Virus record (IMG/VR): IMGVR_UViG_3300032216_000801 | Location: 1 to 25,240 of that record | DNA: 25,240 bases | Strand: one strand, 5' to 3' | Origin: a virus | Taxonomy: Duplodnaviria; Caudoviricetes | Shown here: one piece after another, positions 1-8,796 of the stretch | Position numbering within the stretch: the first letter of the stretch is position 1 | Layout of the letters: every line of letters begins with the position of its first letter | The notes under the pieces: model-generated | Databases searched by the model: none | What the model was told of the DNA's origin: nothing | Seen by the model: the letters and a program-made list of their open reading frames with translations, nothing else | Position numbers and translations under genes: made by a program

Positions 1-1990
1 AAGGTGCTTGAGCATATCCATGCTCTGATATAGGTAGTAGACTTACTCCTTTTAGCTTTCTGTCAAAACAACTTAATGCTCTAGCTATTTGTGATTCTTC
101 ACTTTTATTGAATGTAATAGTTATAGAAACTTGATTATCTGCAAAATACTCTTGCAAATCGGCAGCATTAGCAAACTGTTCCCACATAGATACATCTTTC
201 TTACTGATAGTTCCTACAGGGTGTGTTACAGGAAAGTATACTACTTTAGTTTTAAGAGGATCGGTAATAGAATCTTCAATACGATAATTAGCAGCACGTA
301 GGATAGGTAGTAGATTAGAAGTGTTAGCTACACGAATTAGTCTATAGTAACTTTCTGATTCTGCATAATGTATACCAGGTAACGCGCCTGCTACTAGGGA
401 AACAGTTCCGCTAGGCTTAACACTAGTTTTCTTTACAGATAGTGGAATACCTAGCCACTCACTATACTTTTTATCTAGGTATGTAATATAGTTATAGGCT
501 TGATCACAGAACTCTTCAAGATACTTCTTACGACCAAACTTAAGCATAGCTTCTTGAATACCGCTCTGTGAGGTACCAATACGACGATTACGTTTAATAA
601 CATCATTAGTCTCAGTCCAGTGAGTAGGAACAAGAGTAACAGTCTTAGCATATAGATAAGCAAACTTTAAAGTACGCTGATAGTCCCAATAATCACTATG
701 CTTTGAAGGGAATGACTCTACTAAACAGCACAGTTCGTATGGTTCTAGAGATTGTTCTAAGCAAGGATTACCACCACGAACACGATAGTCTTTATAATCT
801 GCTGGGTCTTTCATACGGCTAAATGCTTGCATGTTTTCTAACCATGCTAACCCTGGTTCACCGTTTGTAGCTATTTTTCTAGCTACTTCTGTATAGTCCA
901 TACCTACACGAGCAAAAATAGAGTTGTTAGAAGCCCAACGCCACCCACCAAACTTATAAGCCCAGTCTTCTTCAGTATACTTACGAGCTATTGAAGCACG
1001 GGCATCCCAATTAGAATTGTATAGAGCATAGTCTTCTGGATTGACAAGTTCTAGTTCTTGTGGTGCTAGAGAGCCTGTTTCTACTCCAAACTGTTCCCAG
1101 TTCTTCATATTAGCAAACTCTTCATCTTCTGGTTCTCCAAAAGCAATTTCTGCTGTACGACGCACATTACCAGCTACCACTATCTTACCTATAATGTTCA
1201 TAACATCAGTAATATCTACGCTAGTTAATAGTGGATTTTCGCTACGAGCACGTTTATCTAGAATATCTCTGATACCGTAGAAGCCTTGTACTAGGGGTTC
1301 AGGACCTGAAGCTACACCACCAAATCCATGAATAGGTTCTCCATAAGCACGTACTAAACTAACGTCTGGTGCTACAGGTGTAGAGCCTTCTTCTAGATAT
1401 GAATCAATCAAGCAAGAAATTAGTTCTACCCAGCCTTCACGAGAATCTTCTACAGTAATTACTTCTGGAACACCCTCTGGTACATAAGACGCTACTTTAC
1501 CAGCTCCTTTAGTATCGAACCCTATACCAACTCCAACCATGCTCATATCCATAAGGAACGCGAACGGCTTAGACATTTCTGCATCAATATTCTCAGTTGA
1601 TACAAATCCGCAGTTATTTAAGCAAGCGCCGCCTTTTTCATATACAAAAGGAGTACCCATCATCCACAAACCACGACCTGGAGGAGTCCACTTGAAAGCT
1701 AGTAGACGCTCTGCTGCCTCTTCAGCCAGTTTATGAGCGCGTTTTTCATTCCAAGTATGTTCAGAAGTAATAGCGTGTGTTTTTAGTATCGAAAACATAC
1801 CCTCAATAACACGAAGTACACATTCTTGCCAAGTTTCTAAAGTACCATTTGGTTTCTTACGTGAGTATGTACGATAATAGGTAAAAGCAGATAGACCGCC
1901 ATAGCCCCACTCAATTTTAGTGTTTAGTAGTTTTTCACGATAGTCTTTCTTAAATTGAAATTGTATCGGTTTTTTTCCAATAGTTAGCAT
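1..1990 (-). CDS. nrdJ: Class II (adenosylcobalamin-dependent) ribonucleotide reductase, monomeric RTPR type; 3' end truncated by the window edge
   Basis: Absent from the ORF track because there is no stop in the window. Manual translation from ATG 1990 (RBS GGAG) gives, all in one frame: MLTIGKKP...YYRTYSR...ETWQECVLRVIEG, KWTPPGRGLW, LNNCGFVS, IVVAGNVRRTAEIA, RWASNNS, NPCLEQSLEPYELCCLVE (thiyl-radical Cys motif), TSVKPSGTVS and LKGVSLLP..HGYAQAP at the edge. Confidence 0.95.
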   Translation of the reverse strand, partial: MLTIGKKPIQFQFKKDYREKLLNTKIEWGYGGLSAFTYYRTYSRKKPNGTLETWQECVLRVIEGMFSILKTHAITSEHTWNEKRAHKLAEEAAERLLAFKWTPPGRGLWMMGTPFVYEKGGACLNNCGFVSTENIDAEMSKPFAFLMDMSMVGVGIGFDTKGAGKVASYVPEGVPEVITVEDSREGWVELISCLIDSYLEEGSTPVAPDVSLVRAYGEPIHGFGGVASGPEPLVQGFYGIRDILDKRARSENPLLTSVDITDVMNIIGKIVVAGNVRRTAEIAFGEPEDEEFANMKNWEQFGVETGSLAPQELELVNPEDYALYNSNWDARASIARKYTEEDWAYKFGGWRWASNNSIFARVGMDYTEVARKIATNGEPGLAWLENMQAFSRMKDPADYKDYRVRGGNPCLEQSLEPYELCCLVESFPSKHSDYWDYQRTLKFAYLYAKTVTLVPTHWTETNDVIKRNRRIGTSQSGIQEAMLKFGRKKYLEEFCDQAYNYITYLDKKYSEWLGIPLSVKKTSVKPSGTVSLVAGALPGIHYAESESYYRLIRVANTSNLLPILRAANYRIEDSITDPLKTKVVYFPVTHPVGTISKKDVSMWEQFANAADLQEYFADNQVSITITFNKSEESQIARALSCFDRKLKGVSLLPISEHGYAQAP

Positions 1991-2030
1991 TTAGTTCTCC
2001 TTTTACGCATAAAAATCTCTACCCTTGGCC

Positions 2031-3860
2031 TCAGCCTTGGATAGAGCTTACGTTATTTTCTTTTATAATTGACACTTTATCTATCAGCGGATGAGTAAAA
2101 TCATGAGAGATTAGAAACACATTAAGTTCTTCTTCTCTTTGTAACACTTCTATTAGTTTTTCTTTGCCTTCATCATCTAGTACTCCTGTGATCTCATCTA
2201 GGAATAATAAGTTTATACTGCTACCACCAAGTTTGGAGAGCAGATGTCTGATAGCAAGAAGAATTGCTGTTTGAATCCTACTAAATTCCCCACCAGACAT
2301 TGTTTCTATAGGAGCACTAATACCATTATTAATAACATTGATATTAAGTTTTTCCTTGTCTAGTGAAAACTCTATTTGAAACTGACCATCGCTAAGTACC
2401 GATAGGTAATAGTTGATAGTAGTTTCAAGCTCTTTAGTAAGATTTTCTAGTTTAAAAGCTACAATACCTGATGTACTGAATGCTTTTTTAAGAATACTCA
2501 ACGCATTAGATTGTGTCGACTTATCAAGTATATCTGCTTTTATAGCAGTCTGTCTAATTGTAAAATCAGATTTTTGCTCTTTTAGTGCATCTACTTTTGC
2601 ATTATGAGCGCTTACTCGTTTATTGAAATCAGTAATCTCTTTAAGCGTTTGAGTTTGTTCTTCTAGCTTTGTTCGTAGAGTTTTACGCTCATCTACTAGA
2701 GCTTTTTGATCGGGGTAGTTGGTTGGTATAGAGTTATCTATAAGCTGTGTGAGCTGCTCAAAACGATTTACTGCTTCTTGATTTAGTTTATATGCTTTGC
2801 TAGCTGCTTGCACACGTTCTAGCTCTACACTCCACTCACGAGCTTTAGCTAGCCCACCATCGTATATAATAGTATTACTATCTATCTGTTCTTGTAAGTC
2901 AGCTTGAATTTTAACTAGATGCGAGTTGTCAATAGTTTGTCCACAAGTAGCACACTTATCATTTATCTTAACTGCTGATTTCTCACGCGTAAGACGAGCA
3001 ATTTCATTCTTTACCATAACTAAGTCTAACTTCAGTGTTTGGTATTGATCCATAAACTCAAAAGGTTCAGGCTGTGTAATACCTAGATCAAACTTAATAC
3101 CATTACGTTCTTGAATATACATATTGTTTTTATCAATACGTTTGCAAGTATCGTTAACATTATCTAGTTCTTTATCAATTTCAGATATACGAACTGCAAG
3201 TGATGTATCTAGATTATAAACTGGCTTTTCAAAAATATACTCTGGTATGCTAGTAGAGTTTAAAAAGTCTTCAATAGATTTTAGCTCGCCTTGCAGCTTT
3301 ACTATATCTCTGTCTACAGTACTTGCAGTAGCCTTGATCAGCTCACCAATGGTAATATACTTCTCAAGGTTGAACAGGTTTATAAGAAACTTCTTACGAT
3401 TAGTATCTGTAGCTTTGAGAAAATCTAATAGATCTGTAGAAGACTGATAGGTGATTTGAGTAAATATCTCAAAGTCTAATCCTAGAATGTCTTGTATCTT
3501 TTTATAGGTATCTAGAACTTTATGTTCAGAAATATCTACGCTATCTTCTAGTAGTTGTACTTTGGTACTAGCACCAGTCCGATTAACAGATACTCTATAA
3601 GATCTATCGTTAACTAAGAAGTCTAAAGTTCCATTCCAGTTCTTATCATCTATATAGCGATTAAGAATGTCACCCTTTTTAATGCCCTTAATATTCTTAT
3701 TATATAGCAGTTCTTGTAGGATAAGTGCTATAGAGCTTTTACCAGATCCGTTTATAGCAGTAAGCTGTGTTATGCGATTACGATCAAGAGCAATTTCATT
3801 GTTCTTACCATAACTAAACATATTAGACATATGCAGCTTTTGTAATTGAATATGGCTCAT
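2031..3860 (-). CDS. D13: SbcC/Rad50-like recombination ATPase (T5 D13 / T4 gp46-like)
   Basis: Walker A NGSGKS, long coiled coil with central CATC zinc hook, signature MSGGE, Walker B LFLDE, H-loop ISHD; follows an SbcD-like gene with a 4-nt overlap. Confidence 0.95.
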   Translation of the reverse strand: MSHIQLQKLHMSNMFSYGKNNEIALDRNRITQLTAINGSGKSSIALILQELLYNKNIKGIKKGDILNRYIDDKNWNGTLDFLVNDRSYRVSVNRTGASTKVQLLEDSVDISEHKVLDTYKKIQDILGLDFEIFTQITYQSSTDLLDFLKATDTNRKKFLINLFNLEKYITIGELIKATASTVDRDIVKLQGELKSIEDFLNSTSIPEYIFEKPVYNLDTSLAVRISEIDKELDNVNDTCKRIDKNNMYIQERNGIKFDLGITQPEPFEFMDQYQTLKLDLVMVKNEIARLTREKSAVKINDKCATCGQTIDNSHLVKIQADLQEQIDSNTIIYDGGLAKAREWSVELERVQAASKAYKLNQEAVNRFEQLTQLIDNSIPTNYPDQKALVDERKTLRTKLEEQTQTLKEITDFNKRVSAHNAKVDALKEQKSDFTIRQTAIKADILDKSTQSNALSILKKAFSTSGIVAFKLENLTKELETTINYYLSVLSDGQFQIEFSLDKEKLNINVINNGISAPIETMSGGEFSRIQTAILLAIRHLLSKLGGSSINLLFLDEITGVLDDEGKEKLIEVLQREEELNVFLISHDFTHPLIDKVSIIKENNVSSIQG

Positions 3861-4819
3861 CGTACTCCTAGCTTTCTATACTCTGATAACACAACTTCAG
3901 TTTCTGCTACTTTAATATAATTAAGATATATCTCTAGTTCCTCAATCACAGTCTTGTCTTTTAGATCAAGCACTGAATCTCCTTTTGGCTTGTCCACCAT
4001 CTTTTTATCTAGCAGATCAGATCGTTCTACCTTTGCTAGTTCATCAATGGTCCCAGTCACTTCATATACAGTATGATGGTAGCTGTCAGCAATCATTTTT
4101 GTACCCACAGGCACTGTACGACGTATCAGCTTAGGAAGGTTTAGGTTGTAGAAGTCTACGTTATAGTCGTCAATAGAACGAAGTGTTATAATATCTACTC
4201 CATAATTTCTTTTATCATCACGATCAAATGTGGTGTTTAACGGAGAGCCAGGGTAGTAACAGTTATAGTCATTATAACGATGACGAAAGTGTAAATCGCC
4301 AAGTAAGGTAAGCTTCCAAGGACGTATCTTTTCAAAGTCATACTCGGCAGTAATGTGTGGAGGAACCTCACCTCGAATATGAGTAACCAGTATTGCATCT
4401 TCATAATAGTCTGGTAGCTTATTTGTCTGCACGCTGCCATAAGGAAAAAGGCAGAATCGCTGTCCAGCATGGACTGTATTTGCGTTCTCAGTATAGATAT
4501 GCACATTTGGATTATTGATAGTATTTTCGAGCTTAAAATGCTCCCAAAATGTACGGCCTTTGGTAGTAGCTTCATGATTGCCTGGAATAATTAGTGTTGG
4601 AATTTGCACAGTATTAAGATAAGAAAGAACAAGACAGATTTCATCTGCATCTGGTTCTTTATCGAATAAGTCTCCTGCAATAACATGAACATCACACCTT
4701 TGTTCCAGAGCGCAAAACTGTGCAAACATTTGTTGAAAGCGATTTAGTTGCCAGAGATAGGGTATCTTTTTACGATGAAGATTAACGTGCCAGTCTGCAG
4801 AACTTAAAATTCTGATCAT
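3857..4819 (-). CDS. D12: SbcD/Mre11-like metallophosphoesterase nuclease (T5 D12 / T4 gp47-like)
   Basis: Phosphoesterase motifs ADWH, GDLFD, GNHE, GDLH, YPGS; SD AGGAG at 4829-4833; paired with the Rad50-like gene. Confidence 0.95.
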   Translation of the reverse strand: MIRILSSADWHVNLHRKKIPYLWQLNRFQQMFAQFCALEQRCDVHVIAGDLFDKEPDADEICLVLSYLNTVQIPTLIIPGNHEATTKGRTFWEHFKLENTINNPNVHIYTENANTVHAGQRFCLFPYGSVQTNKLPDYYEDAILVTHIRGEVPPHITAEYDFEKIRPWKLTLLGDLHFRHRYNDYNCYYPGSPLNTTFDRDDKRNYGVDIITLRSIDDYNVDFYNLNLPKLIRRTVPVGTKMIADSYHHTVYEVTGTIDELAKVERSDLLDKKMVDKPKGDSVLDLKDKTVIEELEIYLNYIKVAETEVVLSEYRKLGVR

Positions 4820-4840
4820 TTGTTTGGACTCCTATTATTT

Positions 4841-5021
4841 TCCGTGCTATTATTACTGGGTACAGTGAATACCAGCTAGCGAACACGGACGCACAGTAGA
4901 GCACAGCTTTTCGATAACGCTACAACGAAGTTGATCAGTGTGTATTAGCTCAGCAGTGCCGCAACGTAGTTGCTTTTGATTAGTGGGCGTATTTTGCCTA
5001 TTGCATGAAACGGAGTTTCAT
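4841..5021. repeat. Non-coding hairpin-rich region with three AAC-GNA-GTT mini-hairpins and one long imperfect stem-loop
   Basis: CAAC-GAA-GTTG 4923-4933, GCAAC-GTA-GTTGC 4961-4973, ATGAAAC-GGA-GTTTCAT 5005-5021. TCCGTG (4841-4846) pairs with CACGGA (4884-4889), enclosing GCTA/TAGC and CTGG/CCAG pairings. No ORF of useful length. Confidence 0.7.
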
Positions 5022-5054
5022 AAGGGGCGGTAAGGTTAATTCCTTCCGCCCCTT
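5022..5054 (-). terminator. Strong GC-rich hairpin just after the GT-A gene stop; probable terminator or processing stem
   Basis: AAGGGGCGG(T)AAGG-TTAATT-CCTTCCGCCCCTT: 13-bp stem with one bulge, 6 nt past the stop at 5061. The minus-strand U-tract is weak. Confidence 0.6.
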
Positions 5055-5060
5055 GTTATT

Positions 5061-5888
5061 TTATCTAGCGTTGATTAGCTGACTTACGTCACCTTCAAAA
5101 GTATAACTACCCACATGGTTAAGTTTAGTATTAGGATCTAACCAAATCTCTCCACCAAGTTTTTGCCAACGACGGCAGAAAGTATAGTCTTCTGATAAGT
5201 ACCGATTATCATCTGGATCTAAGATAGTATCAAATAGGGCATAACAATGCTTATTAAGTTTAGGATCAATATTAGAATCATTCCTATAGTGAAGCTCAGG
5301 GTGAGCTTTAACCATTTTTTCAATTGTTTCTCGCTTGATTAGGAAGAAACCTGTAGAAGCATCTAGAACCTCTACTGCTCCGTTTTCTACACGAATTTGT
5401 CTAGTCTCAGGATCTACAAACTTAAAGTTAATAGCATACTGAATTGGTAGAGCTTTTTTAGGATAAGCTCCTGCCATAATAGGTTTATCATAAGCTAGAG
5501 CTCGAAGCATATCTTCTGGTTGGAACTCAATATCTGAGTCAATAAACATAAGATGTGTGCAGTCGCTATCTAGAAACATAGCAGTAAGTATATTTCTTGC
5601 TCTAGTAATTAAGCTCTCATTACGAAGAGTAGTAATTCTAAAGTTAATCCCATGTTGCATAAATACTTGCGACATTTTAAACATACTTAAAAAGTACTGA
5701 TCTGTCAGCATACCGCCATAGCATGGCGTAGCAAAGAACACATTATGTTTTCTAAGCATATCTAAGTCAATTATAGCTTTACCTTCGCCTACTGACTTAA
5801 AAGCACCAAAACTTTTACCCTGTACCGGCTCACTATTAGCATTAGTACCTACACCTGATGGTTTAATAGTTGATAGTGGCTTTTTCAT
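5061..5888 (-). CDS. GT-A fold glycosyltransferase-like protein
   Basis: VFFATPCYGG, ESLITRARN, THLMFIDSDI (DxD), AGAYPKK, TGFFLIKR, YLSEDYTFCRRW, NHVG; the start overlaps the D11 stop (ATGA). Confidence 0.85.
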   Translation of the reverse strand: MKKPLSTIKPSGVGTNANSEPVQGKSFGAFKSVGEGKAIIDLDMLRKHNVFFATPCYGGMLTDQYFLSMFKMSQVFMQHGINFRITTLRNESLITRARNILTAMFLDSDCTHLMFIDSDIEFQPEDMLRALAYDKPIMAGAYPKKALPIQYAINFKFVDPETRQIRVENGAVEVLDASTGFFLIKRETIEKMVKAHPELHYRNDSNIDPKLNKHCYALFDTILDPDDNRYLSEDYTFCRRWQKLGGEIWLDPNTKLNHVGSYTFEGDVSQLINAR

Positions 5889-6544
5889 GCTAGATCATCA
5901 ACCCCTTCGCTTGCTTTAAACTCATCACTTACTGCACCAGCAAATAGAGTGGTATTTTCTAATAGCCACTGTTTCTGCTCATCATAAGTTTGACGCTTAA
6001 AGATTTTTGATAGATCATATAGTTCTACAGAACGCTCTTCCTCTGATAGAGCTTTGCTACTACGAGCGGGGATAACTGTATATTTTACGTTTTGTGGGAG
6101 TGGCCCAGTCTTTTCTTTCTTCAAAGTTAGGTCATAACCTGTTTCAGAATCTGCGGGTGAACCATATTCAGGATTAGTTGCGTAATCTACAATCTGTGCA
6201 TAGATAGTAGAGCGTAGGTCTAGTAGTTTTACTTTATTATCTTTTCGATCTAGTACATTACATACATAAGCAAACTGAGGTTTTTCTGCATATACGTCAG
6301 GATCAATTTCTTTGAATGGGTCGCGAACAGAAGAATTAAAGCTTTCTGTTTCACGTTCAAACTGCAGGCACTCTACAGGCATTTTCTTGCCGTCTTTAGT
6401 TACTACCCAGTAGCAATAACGAGGCATAACGTCTCCGACTAGTCGAACTTTTGTATCGCCTAGTCCTAGCGTTACACGCTCAATCTCTCGCTTCTGCTGA
6501 TTACCAGAAGTTTGTTTGCCTTTTGCTTTTTCCCAAGCTACCAT
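5885..6544 (-). CDS. D11: Single-stranded DNA-binding protein (T5 D11-like)
   Basis: VRLVGDVMPRYCYW...PVECLQFERETESF...VLDRKDNKVK resembles recalled T5 D11; acidic C-terminus (EGVDDLA); SD AAGGAG; syntenic position. Confidence 0.85.
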   Translation of the reverse strand: MVAWEKAKGKQTSGNQQKREIERVTLGLGDTKVRLVGDVMPRYCYWVVTKDGKKMPVECLQFERETESFNSSVRDPFKEIDPDVYAEKPQFAYVCNVLDRKDNKVKLLDLRSTIYAQIVDYATNPEYGSPADSETGYDLTLKKEKTGPLPQNVKYTVIPARSSKALSEEERSVELYDLSKIFKRQTYDEQKQWLLENTTLFAGAVSDEFKASEGVDDLA

Positions 6545-6567
6545 GTTTTAGTCTCCTTAATTGAACG

Positions 6568-7023
6568 TTAGTTCTTAGTGGTGTTATTCCTCGATACCGA
6601 GGACTCTAGTGGAAATATTATTTTATCATCAAGTATATTAACAAAATAGCTAGGAGTTATATTGGGAAAGTACTTGAGCGGTATAAAGTTATCTGAGTTA
6701 GATAACCTACGCATCGAAAGCGCCTTTATATAAACTACTTTATCTCTAACTGGTGCGTTCAAAAATAAGAATGACGCATTTTTGAAATAACTTTGAGGTT
6801 CTTTAGTTATGTAGTTGCACACTAGTAAGTTTTTATACTGTGTGAAATATTTTCTATGAAATAAATGAGGAGGAATATGGTGAATTGCTAACCTGTTCAT
6901 CATTGTTTTAGCTGATAATTCATTATATACGTTAGTCTGACCATACGTCAAACATAAAATGGCGGTAAGATCGTTATTGCTTCTAAGACGCAGCTCGTCC
7001 CAATTAAATAAGCTTATAGCCAC
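6568..7023 (-). CDS. Conserved T5-like hypothetical protein between D10 and D11
   Basis: 151-aa ORF; LFNWDELRLRSNND..., YIKALSMRR and KIIFPLE resemble the T5 protein at the same position (recalled similarity). Confidence 0.7.
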   Translation of the reverse strand: MAISLFNWDELRLRSNNDLTAILCLTYGQTNVYNELSAKTMMNRLAIHHIPPHLFHRKYFTQYKNLLVCNYITKEPQSYFKNASFLFLNAPVRDKVVYIKALSMRRLSNSDNFIPLKYFPNITPSYFVNILDDKIIFPLESSVSRNNTTKN

Positions 7024-8290
7024 GTTGTTGGTACCACGCTAATCTACCAGTTTGCTGCCTTGATACAATACCGCCTGATAGCCAAAAGTCTACTATTAGC
7101 GGAAACTGCTTATCTGGGTGTAAACGCTCTATACGACCTATACGTTGTTCCCATTGTACATTATTATTACTTGGGCAGGTAAAGAATAGAGTGTCTAACC
7201 TATGACAACTAATACCCTCATCAAATAACTTAGTAGTTAGAATAGCTTTATACGTTGTGCCTAAGCCTTCTAATGCATCTTCTCTGATTTCTGTAGAAGA
7301 TTCACCTATTACACATATACTATTTGGTATAAGCTTTTGTAGCTTCTTGAGCATATCTACCCTATCACCTATAATAAGAGGACATCTACCCTGCTTAATA
7401 TAACTAATAGCTTTTTCTGCTATAAGATTTATATATAGATCATCTGAACATAGTTTATTCATAGCTCTAGCCCAATCACGTTTAGGATCAATGATTGCAA
7501 ACTTAAAATCTGTTTTAACTACTGTAACAGCTGGTATAGCCATATCTCTAAGATCTTCTGCTGCTATTCTAAATTGTGAAAAGAAATCCATTAAGTATAC
7601 GTGCTTACCGTCTTTACGTCTTGGAGTAGCAGTAATTGCTATTTTAACTTTAGCATTTATATTATTAACTACATGAGAAAACATATCTGCTGGACATTTA
7701 TGAGCTTCATCAACTATTAGAGTACTAAACTCATCTCTCAGCTTATCTAGATTATTATGTGCTGTTTTGTATATAGCAACAGTAACATCTCCTATGGCAA
7801 AGTTACCATCACCTATTTTTCCAATAGTTACGTTTGGTATTTGTATAGCTATCTCTTTAAGCCATTGTTCAAATAATAGCTTAGTATGAACTAGTATAAG
7901 TGTGCGAGTATTATTTCTAGCTATTAAGTTACAAGACGCAAAGGTTTTACCCCATCCAGGCTTAGCCTGAAGAAGTCCACTTCTAGCACGACCTTTAGTA
8001 AAAAATTTATCTACAGCTTCTTGCTGTTCATATCGTAATTTACCTTTAAACTCAAGCTGATAATCAAGAACTTTAAAGTTACGTTGATCATCTATAGTCT
8101 CCCATTCTAGTTTATAATAAGCATTAGAAGGTACTGAGTAGTGAGTATCGTTTTCGTCTATAGTAGATAAGAACTCATCTACATTATCATACGTAAATAG
8201 AGATAGTAGGTGGTCATGGTCTTCCACGTCCTCCTTTTTAAAATATATCTTATCGCTTATACTAATGTGTTTTACTTTTGCTTTTATCAT
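7004..8290 (-). CDS. D10: Superfamily 2 DEAH helicase (T5 D10 / UvsW-like)
   Basis: Q motif LRYEQ, Walker A PGWGKT, DEAH, TAT motif III, QRIGRIER motif VI. Confidence 0.93.
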   Translation of the reverse strand: MIKAKVKHISISDKIYFKKEDVEDHDHLLSLFTYDNVDEFLSTIDENDTHYSVPSNAYYKLEWETIDDQRNFKVLDYQLEFKGKLRYEQQEAVDKFFTKGRARSGLLQAKPGWGKTFASCNLIARNNTRTLILVHTKLLFEQWLKEIAIQIPNVTIGKIGDGNFAIGDVTVAIYKTAHNNLDKLRDEFSTLIVDEAHKCPADMFSHVVNNINAKVKIAITATPRRKDGKHVYLMDFFSQFRIAAEDLRDMAIPAVTVVKTDFKFAIIDPKRDWARAMNKLCSDDLYINLIAEKAISYIKQGRCPLIIGDRVDMLKKLQKLIPNSICVIGESSTEIREDALEGLGTTYKAILTTKLFDEGISCHRLDTLFFTCPSNNNVQWEQRIGRIERLHPDKQFPLIVDFWLSGGIVSRQQTGRLAWYQQRGYKLI

Positions 8291-8796
8291 ACATATATGT
8301 AAGGTCTCTCTAGTTTAGAATCATATGAAAACTCTTTTAGAAACCACTCCTGATTTACAAAAACCATTGTAGCATAGATAGTGTCTTCTAGTCTAATACT
8401 TTCCTGCGTAGGTATTTCAAATGGGTATGAAATATTTCTTAACCAAAATAGGTTTCCATGTATCTTGGTTACTTGTCGCTTCTCTACTATACAAGCTGTT
8501 AGCTTAGAAAAATCATGGGGTATAGCTTTACTATCTATACCCCATGATGCTCCTGTATATATAAGATCTTGTAAATTTCTACAAGTGTAGTCAAAAGTAA
8601 GTCTAGTTTTAAGCTGTATAAGCCTAGCAAAATAGTCTCCTGCTAGACTTTTATCGTCTATAAGCTGTAAATGACCATCTGGTTTCATAATACAACTTAT
8701 TTTAGTTAGATCATAAATAATCTTATAAGGTTTATTTTTAATAGCAAATAGTGGAAAAGCTATATCTTTAAACTTGGCTAAAGTAGTCTTTTTCAT
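8287..8796 (-). CDS. Conserved T5-like hypothetical protein between polymerase and D10
   Basis: 169 aa; FPLFAI, IDDKSLAGDYFARL, GIDS, ISYPF resemble the T5 protein at this position; overlaps both neighbours. Confidence 0.7.
   Translation of the reverse strand: MKKTTLAKFKDIAFPLFAIKNKPYKIIYDLTKISCIMKPDGHLQLIDDKSLAGDYFARLIQLKTRLTFDYTCRNLQDLIYTGASWGIDSKAIPHDFSKLTACIVEKRQVTKIHGNLFWLRNISYPFEIPTQESIRLEDTIYATMVFVNQEWFLKEFSYDSKLERPYIYV

Noticed and set aside
475-1736. Short ORFs 475-663 (-), 1041-1280 (+) and 1539-1736 (+)
   Set aside because: Alternate-frame or antisense shadows of nrdJ.
4923-5021. Hairpin series as a CRISPR array or confirmed N4-type promoters
   Set aside because: The repeat core is only 9 nt and no cas genes are present; no virion RNA polymerase is in the window, so the N4 resemblance is kept only as an analogy.
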